A DNA stretch of 28,134 bases from a virus (lineage: Duplodnaviria > Caudoviricetes), in the IMG/VR virus record IMGVR_UViG_3300032216_000831, positions 1 through 28,134 of that record. One strand, written 5' to 3'. Positions 16,633 to 24,127 of the stretch are shown here, in pieces (the first letter of the stretch is position 1; each line of letters opens with the position of its first letter). Below the pieces are notes generated by a model that saw only the letters and a list, made by a program, of their open reading frames with translations, was not told the DNA's origin and ran no database searches. The position numbers and the translations under genes are program-made.

Positions 16633-17955
16633 ATGGCAAATTCAAAATTATTGAAAGAAGCAATCGCTGATGCTAAGGCTGTTAAAGAAACTGCTCTTGC
16701 AAACGCAAAAATCGCTCTTGAAGAAGCGTTTACTCCTAGACTTCAATCTATGTTATCTCAAAAAATGAGAGCAGAAGCTGAAGCACAGGATGACGATGCT
16801 GAAAAAGTAGACGAAGATGTTGTAACATCATCTAACATTGGTTCTAAGACCGATGCTGGTTATCCAGAAAATCCAGGTGCTCAACCTAACTACAAATCAG
16901 CTAGTGACGACAGAGAAACTAGTGTAGTTAAGAAAAGTAGTGGAGATGCAAAAACTGCAGTATCTGACTTCAAAAAAGTAGCAGATATTAACGAAGAAGA
17001 AGGCATGGAAGACAACCAATTTGGTGGTAGTGATGACAAAGACAAAGAAATAGCTGAATTAAGAGCTAGATTAGCAGAATTAGAAGGAAACGAAGATTCT
17101 GATGAAAATGATTACGGAATGGAAGACGAAGGTGACGACATGCATGCAGGTGATAACCAAGAAGACGACCAATTCGGAATGGAAGATGAAGGTGACGACC
17201 ACGCTGAACCAGACATGGATAACATGGGTGGTGAAAGTGACCACGATGAAGACAACGAAGATGATATGGACTTAGAAGCTATCATCAGAGAATTAGAAGC
17301 ACAATTAGGTGATGATGAGTCAGAAGAAAAACCTGAAGAAGATGAATCTATGTATGAAGATTTAGCAGATGGTTCTGAAGCAGGTACTGACAAAGGTGCA
17401 GACCCTAAATTAGTTGTAACTAATGAAACAGAAGATGTAACTAAAGCGAGTGGAAAAGCTCCAAGAGGTTCATTTGACAAAGATTCAATTTCAGAAGATG
17501 TTATCGACTTAGAAGAAATTTTAAGAGAAATGGAAGCTGATATGAAAGATGATTCAGAAGAAGATAAGAAAGATGAAAATGTACAAGCTGAGTTAAACGA
17601 AGCGTACGACACTATCAAATCTCTTCAAAAAACTATTAACGAAGTAAATTTGTTAAACGCAAAATTATTATTCGCTAATAAATTATTCAGAGCACACAAC
17701 ATGACTAACGAACAAAAAGTTAAAGTGATTGAAACTTTGGATAGAACAAACTCAGTTAGAGAAGTTAAATTGGTGTATTCTACATTAGCAGAAAACTTCA
17801 AATTCTCTACAAACAAATCTACTAAAAAATCAATTTCAGAAGGAATTGCTAGCAAAGTAACAAAATCAACTAAGCCAGCAGTAGTTAAGCAAGTAATTGC
17901 TGAAAATACAAATTTCTCTGACAGATTTAAGAAATTAGCAGGTATTATTAAATAA
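16633..17955 (+). CDS. Prohead scaffold/core protein (gp22-like role)
   Basis: Very acidic, with coiled-coil ends and many x-x-E sites. It ends DRFKKLAGIIK and lies immediately upstream of the major capsid gene. Confidence 0.85.
   Translation: MANSKLLKEAIADAKAVKETALANAKIALEEAFTPRLQSMLSQKMRAEAEAQDDDAEKVDEDVVTSSNIGSKTDAGYPENPGAQPNYKSASDDRETSVVKKSSGDAKTAVSDFKKVADINEEEGMEDNQFGGSDDKDKEIAELRARLAELEGNEDSDENDYGMEDEGDDMHAGDNQEDDQFGMEDEGDDHAEPDMDNMGGESDHDEDNEDDMDLEAIIRELEAQLGDDESEEKPEEDESMYEDLADGSEAGTDKGADPKLVVTNETEDVTKASGKAPRGSFDKDSISEDVIDLEEILREMEADMKDDSEEDKKDENVQAELNEAYDTIKSLQKTINEVNLLNAKLLFANKLFRAHNMTNEQKVKVIETLDRTNSVREVKLVYSTLAENFKFSTNKSTKKSISEGIASKVTKSTKPAVVKQVIAENTNFSDRFKKLAGIIK
17115..17199 (+). 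repeat. Intragenic direct repeat, 25 nt x2 at a 60-nt period (GMEDEGDD)
   Basis: cggaatggaagacgaaggtgacgac (17115-17139) versus cggaatggaagatgaaggtgacgac (17175-17199), with one synonymous mismatch. Confidence 0.85.
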
Positions 17956-17975
17956 AAATATTAAAAAAACAAACA

Positions 17976-19613
17976 ATGGACATTAAAAAATTAATGACTG
18001 GCGCTAACCCTCAAAGCGTAATGCTTGAACAAACTAGAGGTTTGAAAAGCAAATGGGAAAAAACAGGATTACTTGAAGGAGTAGGTTCTGAAACAACTAA
18101 GCATGGTATGGCAGTAATGTTAGAAAACCAAGCAAAACAATTATTAGATGAGGCTACAAGAACAGGTACATCTTCAGGTTCTGAAGAATGGTCAGGTGTT
18201 GCGTTACCTTTAGTAAGAAGAATCTTTGGTTCTATCGCAGCTAAAGAATTCGTTTCAGTTCAACCAATGAACTTACCTTCAGGTCTTATTTTTTATATGG
18301 ATTTCAAATATTCAACTAATACTTCAGTAGGTAGACCAGCATCTGGTTCTTCTTTATTCGGTAATGGTGGAACTTTTGGTAAAGATTCATTATCTCCAAC
18401 TGGAAACAAATTAGGTTCTACTCAAGCTACTGAAGGTGGTTTGTACGGAGCAGGAAGATTTGGTTATACAGTTAATGATGTAACTTCAGGTGTATTAACT
18501 GCAACTGTAACTACTGCATCTTTTTCTGATATTAACTTTGATGCTAACTATTCTGCATCTATGGCAGCGGGTCAAATTAGAAAAGTAACAGTAGGTTTAC
18601 CTTCTGACGCTGATTACAATTCAGTAAGAGCTTTCTCTTTAACTGGTTCATTAGCACAATTACCTCAATACACAACTGTTAACTCATTAGGTTCTGCATC
18701 GTTCTTCGTTTCAGCATCTACTGCAACAGTAGTACATGGAGCAGGTGGATATGGTAACCCACAAATTAACTATACATTACAACCAACAGCTATCACAAGA
18801 GGTGACTTTGAAGATAGAACTTCTTATGGTAATGGATATAACACAGATTTAGCTATTCCAGAAATTGAATTGGAATTAAAATCTGAACCAATCGTTGCTA
18901 AAACTCGTAAGTTGAAAGCAATTTGGACTCCTGAATTAGCTCAAGATTTGAACGCTTACCATAGTGTAGACGCTGAAGCTGAGTTAACTCAAATGTTGTC
19001 TGAGTACATCTCTTTAGAAATCGATTTAGAAATCTTAGAAATGTTACAAAACAACGCATTCACAACTGATTACTGGTCAGCAGCAGTTGGTTATGAGTAC
19101 GATGCAAACGTAAATAACTTCACAATTGATTCTAACGCGGCTGCAGCATATGCATACCAAAAGAACACTTGGTTCCAAACGTTGGGTATCAAATTACAAA
19201 AAGTTTCTAACAAAATTCATCAATTGACTATGAGAGGTGGTGCAAACTTTATTGTTTGTTCTCCAAACGTAGCAACTATTTTAGAATCAATGAATGGTTT
19301 CGCTGCAAATCCTGGTAAAGACGCTTTACAATTTGCTGCAGGTGTAACTAACATCGGTTCAATCTCTAACAGATATGACGTTTACAAAAACCCATACATG
19401 ACAGAGAACGTTATCTTAATGGGCTTCAAAGGTTCTAACTTCTTCGAAACAGGAGCAGTTTACGCACCTTATGTTCCATTGATTATGACTCCTTTAGTGT
19501 ACGACCCAGTTAACTTCACTCCAAGACGTGGTGTTATGACTAGATACGCTAAGAAGATTGTAAGACCAGAATTCTACGGTAAAATCGTAGTAGGTGGTTT
19601 AGATAAAATCTAA
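17976..19613 (+). CDS. Major capsid protein (T4 gp23-like)
   Basis: LPLVRR, VSVQPMNLPSGLIFY, AKTRKLKAIWTPELAQDLNAYHSVDAEAEL, YAPYVPL and FTPRRGVMTRYA. Confidence 0.98.
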   Translation: MDIKKLMTGANPQSVMLEQTRGLKSKWEKTGLLEGVGSETTKHGMAVMLENQAKQLLDEATRTGTSSGSEEWSGVALPLVRRIFGSIAAKEFVSVQPMNLPSGLIFYMDFKYSTNTSVGRPASGSSLFGNGGTFGKDSLSPTGNKLGSTQATEGGLYGAGRFGYTVNDVTSGVLTATVTTASFSDINFDANYSASMAAGQIRKVTVGLPSDADYNSVRAFSLTGSLAQLPQYTTVNSLGSASFFVSASTATVVHGAGGYGNPQINYTLQPTAITRGDFEDRTSYGNGYNTDLAIPEIELELKSEPIVAKTRKLKAIWTPELAQDLNAYHSVDAEAELTQMLSEYISLEIDLEILEMLQNNAFTTDYWSAAVGYEYDANVNNFTIDSNAAAAYAYQKNTWFQTLGIKLQKVSNKIHQLTMRGGANFIVCSPNVATILESMNGFAANPGKDALQFAAGVTNIGSISNRYDVYKNPYMTENVILMGFKGSNFFETGAVYAPYVPLIMTPLVYDPVNFTPRRGVMTRYAKKIVRPEFYGKIVVGGLDKI

Positions 19614-19640
19614 TCTTAACTGATTTAGACGATAAAAAAG

Positions 19641-19672
19641 AAAGAGGGGACAGAAATGTCTCCTCTTTTTTT
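19641..19672 (+). terminator. Rho-independent terminator after the major capsid gene
   Basis: AAAGAGGGGACA-GAAA-TGTCTCCTCTTT followed by a T-run. It has a GNRA loop and one G-U pair. An upstream A-run could make it bidirectional. Confidence 0.9.
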
Positions 19673-19678
19673 ATTCTT

Positions 19679-19687
19679 ATATTTATA
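19679..19687 (+). promoter_or_regulatory. ATATTTATA motif, candidate late promoter restarting transcription after the terminator
   Basis: Exact motif 6 nt after the terminator T-run and upstream of ATG 19714. Confidence 0.65.
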
Positions 19688-19713
19688 GTAGTAAAACTAT
19701 AACTTTTTTAGAT

Positions 19714-20883
19714 ATGTCTTTAAACTTAAAATGGCCTGGAAGTTCTTCATTCTCAACAGGCTCAACACCTTTTGGAATATATGATACGGATACATCATTT
19801 CAAATCGATGCTCCCAAAACTGCCGATTGGTGTGCTAAAAGATTGGGTTATCCAATTATAGATGTTGAATTAACACCGGCATCTTTATTTGCATGTTTTG
19901 AAGAAGCAACTTCGGAATATGGTGCACAAGTAAATCAATTTAATATTAGAAATAATTTAGATATCCTAAAAGGAAGAAATACAGGAACAAATTATACACA
20001 AAAATTAGTTGAAGGTGGAAATCTTCCAACTTTATTTAGAATATCACAAGCATATGGTACGGCAGTTGGTGTGGGTGGAAATGTAGATAATAGAAAAGCA
20101 TATGTCCAATTAACATCATCCGTTCAAGTATATGATTTAATGAATGGTGCATATGATGAATCAGGAAGTCTATTATCATTTACAGGTTCAATTGATGTAA
20201 CAAAAGTTTATTATGAAGCAGTTCCTGCAATTACAAGATTCTTTGACCCCTATTCAGTAGGAGCTCAAGGTACTTTAAATTTAATGTCGGAATTAGGATT
20301 TGGTAACTATTCACCCGCATCACAATTCTTAATGATGCCTTTATATGAAGATGTATTAAGAATGCAAGCAATTGAATTCAATGATGCCATTCGTAAGTCT
20401 GCATTTACATTTAATATTGTAAATAATAAACTTTCAATATTTCCTGCTCCATCAAAACTGACACCAGTAAGAAAAATTTGGTTTGATTATACATTGAGAG
20501 ATGACTTTGAACAAAATTCTATGATTGTAAAAGATAATGTAGTTTCTGATTATTCAAATATACAATACGATTTTATTCAATATGTTAAAATTAATGAAGT
20601 TGGTAAACAATGGATTAGAAAATATACATTAGCATTAGCAAAAGAATTATTAGGAGCAATCAGAGAAAAATATTCAACAATTCCAATTCCAGATAGTGAA
20701 GTTAGTTTAGATGGTGCAGCATTAAGAAGTGAAGCACAAGTTGAGAAAGATGCATTAATCACTCAATTAAGAGAAAATTTGGAAGAATTGAGTAGAAAAA
20801 CACAATTTGAAAATAAAAAAGTAGAATCGGAATATACTCAAGAGATGTTAAGAAAAGTTCCATTAAAATTATATGTAGGATAA
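19714..20883 (+). CDS. Neck / head-tail adaptor protein (T4 gp13-like)
   Basis: KRLGYPIIDVEL at the N-terminus; WIRKYTLALAKELLG.IR.KY..IP.P...V.LDG near the C-terminus. It follows the capsid gene. Confidence 0.85.
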   Translation: MSLNLKWPGSSSFSTGSTPFGIYDTDTSFQIDAPKTADWCAKRLGYPIIDVELTPASLFACFEEATSEYGAQVNQFNIRNNLDILKGRNTGTNYTQKLVEGGNLPTLFRISQAYGTAVGVGGNVDNRKAYVQLTSSVQVYDLMNGAYDESGSLLSFTGSIDVTKVYYEAVPAITRFFDPYSVGAQGTLNLMSELGFGNYSPASQFLMMPLYEDVLRMQAIEFNDAIRKSAFTFNIVNNKLSIFPAPSKLTPVRKIWFDYTLRDDFEQNSMIVKDNVVSDYSNIQYDFIQYVKINEVGKQWIRKYTLALAKELLGAIREKYSTIPIPDSEVSLDGAALRSEAQVEKDALITQLRENLEELSRKTQFENKKVESEYTQEMLRKVPLKLYVG

Positions 20884-20884
20884 T

Positions 20885-21340
20885 ATGCCAAAATTTATAT
20901 CAGAAAGAGATGTTCAATTTTTTAAAGGTATAGCTAGAGAAATAGTAGACGAAGTTATACAAAATACAATTGTTTTATTTAAAGTTAATTTGAATGAAAC
21001 AATGGTAAATATCTATGGGGAGTCATTAAATAAAACATGGCAACCTGGTGTAGAAATATTTGCACTTATAAATAAAGAACCCGAATCGGCTCGTTATGAG
21101 GGGTTTGGTCTTGATACTGACCAAAATATTACATTCAAATTAGATAGATGGATGTTAGAAGAAAAAGGAATATATCCAGAAGTTGGTGATATTATAAATT
21201 TTAATCAATCTTATTTTGAAATCGACAATACAAACGAAATACAATTAATAGGTGGACAAACTTATAACAATTTTAGTGTTGTATGTTCTACATTTATGGT
21301 AAGCAAATCTAATTTAAACATAGAAGAAAGAATTAAATAA
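20885..21340 (+). CDS. Head-closure / neck protein (T4 gp14-like)
   Basis: NIYGES and YPEVGDII...YFEI motifs; position after the gp13-like gene. Confidence 0.7.
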   Translation: MPKFISERDVQFFKGIAREIVDEVIQNTIVLFKVNLNETMVNIYGESLNKTWQPGVEIFALINKEPESARYEGFGLDTDQNITFKLDRWMLEEKGIYPEVGDIINFNQSYFEIDNTNEIQLIGGQTYNNFSVVCSTFMVSKSNLNIEERIK

Positions 21341-21341
21341 T

Positions 21342-22463
21342 ATGTCTACAAATCCACTAAGACCAAATTTAAATAGAGGAAAACAAATTAAATCTAATAA
21401 AGGAGATTTAAAACAAAGTGTATCTCTCTTTGATATTGACTATGCAATCATGTCTTACTTGGAAGAAACTGTTTTACCTGAATTGGATGATAATGGTAAA
21501 GCATTAAAAATTCCTGTTATTTATGGTAATTCCGAAAGATGGAATGGTGCAAGAAGACAAGGTGTTTATAGAGATACAAATAATAAAATACAATTACCTT
21601 TAATGATGTTGAGAAGAACTAGTGTTGCAAAAAATGAAGCAATGCCAATGTTAAATCGACATGTTTCATATCAGGGTGTAACAAAATGGTCAAAAGATAA
21701 TAGATACACTAGATTCAGTCTTTTAGGAAATACAATTAAACCAAAATATGAAATATACAATATAACAATGCCTGACTATGTTGAGGTAAATTATGAGTGT
21801 ATGGGTTGGACTAGTTTTACTGAACATTTAAATGTAGTAATTGAATCTTTAACATACGCATCCGATGAATATTGGGGTGATAAACAAAAATTTAAATTCA
21901 ACACAACAATTTCTGAATATAATGTTGTAAATGAAGTAGGTGAGGGCACTGAAAGAATTAATAGAGTTGAATTTACTTTAAATGTAAAAGCATATTTACT
22001 TCCAGAAAAATTCGATGGAGAAAGTACAATTAAAAAATCAATTTCTTCAAGTAGAGTAGTAGTATCAACAGAAACGGACGTAACCGCAAATGGTAGATTA
22101 GAAGGTATGTTAACTACACCATCACCATATTACGATAACAAAGACTTAATTGATTTCTTATCTTTAAATAATAGTATGACCGGTTCAATAACAACACCAA
22201 ACTCCGCATCTTTCAATGATATAAAATTAATACAAGCACCTCCACAATTATCATCAGTAGTTACAGCAGGAATAACTTATAGTGGAAATCAATATGATGT
22301 TAAAACATATATAAATGGTGTTAGATATTATTGGAATACACACATTACCGGGTCTGTAAATAGTACATCATTATCATTACAATTCTTAACAGGTTCTTTA
22401 GGATTTAGTGTAACCAGTACCGATGAAGTTACTATTATAGGTAAATTTATTGATATTGTATAA
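21342..22463 (+). CDS. Tail terminator / sheath stabiliser (T4 gp15-like) with a C-terminal beta extension
   Basis: KIPVIYGNSERW, IQLPLMML.RTS, PDYVEVNYE and FTLNVKAYLLP; position after the neck genes. Confidence 0.7.
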   Translation: MSTNPLRPNLNRGKQIKSNKGDLKQSVSLFDIDYAIMSYLEETVLPELDDNGKALKIPVIYGNSERWNGARRQGVYRDTNNKIQLPLMMLRRTSVAKNEAMPMLNRHVSYQGVTKWSKDNRYTRFSLLGNTIKPKYEIYNITMPDYVEVNYECMGWTSFTEHLNVVIESLTYASDEYWGDKQKFKFNTTISEYNVVNEVGEGTERINRVEFTLNVKAYLLPEKFDGESTIKKSISSSRVVVSTETDVTANGRLEGMLTTPSPYYDNKDLIDFLSLNNSMTGSITTPNSASFNDIKLIQAPPQLSSVVTAGITYSGNQYDVKTYINGVRYYWNTHITGSVNSTSLSLQFLTGSLGFSVTSTDEVTIIGKFIDIV

Positions 22464-22792
22464 TGAAAAGAAGTTTATTAGATATAACTCAAAAAATCAG
22501 TAGAAAACCTGGTAAAGCCGTTTTAACTCCAAAAGATTTAACAAACGCAACTCATTTTATTTTTGAAGCTACGGGTTGGAGATTTGTGAGTATATTAAGA
22601 GAAATTGAATACAGAACTACACAAGATAGATTACAAGTTTATATTAACACACAGGCAATAAGTGCAAGAGATTATATAGTTGAAGAAGGTGGAAGTGGTT
22701 TGTTAATTAAATTTATAAAAAATAATTTTGAATATAGATTGGATGTAAATGATTATATTCAAATTGAAGGAGACATAGAACAATATGCTTAA
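22463..22792 (+). CDS. Hypothetical structural protein (beta-sandwich module)
   Basis: 109 aa, coupled by a TAATG overlap; LQVYIN...DYIQIEG. Confidence 0.65.
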   Translation: MKRSLLDITQKISRKPGKAVLTPKDLTNATHFIFEATGWRFVSILREIEYRTTQDRLQVYINTQAISARDYIVEEGGSGLLIKFIKNNFEYRLDVNDYIQIEGDIEQYA

Positions 22793-23267
22793 ACAATTTA
22801 ATACAAATAATAGAAAACTTAACAAAGTTGTTCCAAAGGTTAATATAAATAATCTTACTAATAATGATTTGACTGGAAGTTTACAAAATATTCAAATTCC
22901 AAATAATACAAAATTTCAATCTAAAGTAAAATTAAATCCAAATCCAACAAAATTAGTAAATAATGTAGTTAAAATATCCGATTTTTATCAAGAGATATTA
23001 GAAAATAGTGCAAGATATAATCAAAGAAATATTGATGAATTTGATAATATTAAAAATACATTAACGATACATAGTGCTAGTTTAGATTACGGAACGGAAG
23101 GAGCATCACCCAATAATTTTGAAATATTGGTATTTGGTTTGCATATTCCAGGAAACTATACAATAAAAGAAGTTGGAAGTAATGTAGTAATAACTTTAAA
23201 TGAACAATACATAGATTATGATAATGTAACCATCAATGATATTTATGTTATGGGTAAGTTAAAATAA
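22785..23267 (+). CDS. Hypothetical structural protein (beta-sandwich module)
   Basis: 160 aa, overlapping the previous gene by 8 nt; FEILVFG...DIYVMGK. Confidence 0.65.
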   Translation: MLKQFNTNNRKLNKVVPKVNINNLTNNDLTGSLQNIQIPNNTKFQSKVKLNPNPTKLVNNVVKISDFYQEILENSARYNQRNIDEFDNIKNTLTIHSASLDYGTEGASPNNFEILVFGLHIPGNYTIKEVGSNVVITLNEQYIDYDNVTINDIYVMGKLK

Positions 23268-23273
23268 TAAAAG

Positions 23274-23282
23274 ATATTTATA
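23274..23282 (+). promoter_or_regulatory. ATATTTATA motif, candidate late promoter
   Basis: Exact motif in a 19-nt spacer, ending 4 nt before ATG 23287. Confidence 0.6.
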
Positions 23283-23286
23283 GATA

Positions 23287-24033
23287 ATGGCAAACTTAAT
23301 AAGATTAAAACAAATAGAAGGAAGTGCACAATTAGAAGCTGCAATTAGTGCAGGTAATGCTATTAGTCAATCGGGTGGTAATTTCCAAGTTGCAATTACT
23401 AATGCGGTTTCTGCATCTATACAAAATTCTTTATCTGCATCTATAACCGATATTGTTAGTTCATCTTTAAATGGTGCCTTATCTTTAATAGCAACTGACT
23501 TAGAAGTTTCAGTAGTAAGTGCATCAATTGCAGCTACTGATTTAGCAATAAGTTCTTCAATAAGTTCGTCAAATTATAATTTAAGTTCATCAGTAAGTAC
23601 AAGTTTAAGTTTATTGAGTTCATCTATTCAAAGTGTAACTGGAGATTTTAGTTCATCAGTAGCTAGAACATTTGCAACACAGAGTTCAAATTTGACATCA
23701 GTAAGTTCTTCATTAAACGCATTTACATCTTCAATTGGTTTAACTATAAAACAAAAATTAAATACGGAAAATGTAATTACATCATCTAGACAATTAGATG
23801 GAAGTGTTATTAATAATTTAACAATTGGAAGTACTGGAGATAATTACTCATTGATTGTAAGTGGAGCATTGGCAGTAGTAGACGCAGATATCACAATAAG
23901 TGGTTCTATGTATAATGTTGCAGGTGAAATATTTGTAAATGGATTAACAGGTTCTGCAGGTAACCCACCAGCACAACCATATACACAAACAGGACAAGTA
24001 CAAGCGGATGTAATTGACCAGGGTGAGTGGTAA
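23287..24033 (+). CDS. Ser-rich fibre/whisker-like structural protein
   Basis: MANLIRLKQI start, Ser-rich heptad-like middle and a C-terminal IDQGEW. Confidence 0.6.
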   Translation: MANLIRLKQIEGSAQLEAAISAGNAISQSGGNFQVAITNAVSASIQNSLSASITDIVSSSLNGALSLIATDLEVSVVSASIAATDLAISSSISSSNYNLSSSVSTSLSLLSSSIQSVTGDFSSSVARTFATQSSNLTSVSSSLNAFTSSIGLTIKQKLNTENVITSSRQLDGSVINNLTIGSTGDNYSLIVSGALAVVDADITISGSMYNVAGEIFVNGLTGSAGNPPAQPYTQTGQVQADVIDQGEW

Positions 24034-24042
24034 AAAAAATAT

Positions 24043-24072
24043 AATTTAAGAATAAAGTTTTATTCTTAAATT
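24043..24072. repeat. Perfect 14-bp inverted repeat (terminator or operator candidate)
   Basis: AATTTAAGAATAAA-GT-TTTATTCTTAAATT in an intergenic spacer. Confidence 0.75.
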
Positions 24073-24076
24073 TTGT

Positions 24077-24085
24077 ATATTTATA
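24077..24085 (+). promoter_or_regulatory. ATATTTATA motif, candidate late promoter
   Basis: Exact motif just downstream of the inverted repeat and upstream of ATG 24128. Confidence 0.6.
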
Positions 24086-24127
24086 TGGGAATAACCACAA
24101 ATTTAAGTAGAATAACCAAAAATATAC

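Noticed and set aside
17115-17199. Scaffold direct repeat as a CRISPR or mobile-element trace
   Set aside because: It has only two in-frame copies with a synonymous difference, which fits an ordinary expansion of an acidic linker.
8239-19613. Introns, inteins or homing endonucleases in the terminase, portal or capsid genes
   Set aside because: The ORFs are continuous and of ordinary size, with no intein termini or LAGLIDADG/HNH/GIY-YIG motifs seen.
21067-22851. Sense-strand T4-type TATAAATA sites (21067, 22844)
   Set aside because: Both are inside coding sequence and not close upstream of starts, as expected by chance in AT-rich DNA.
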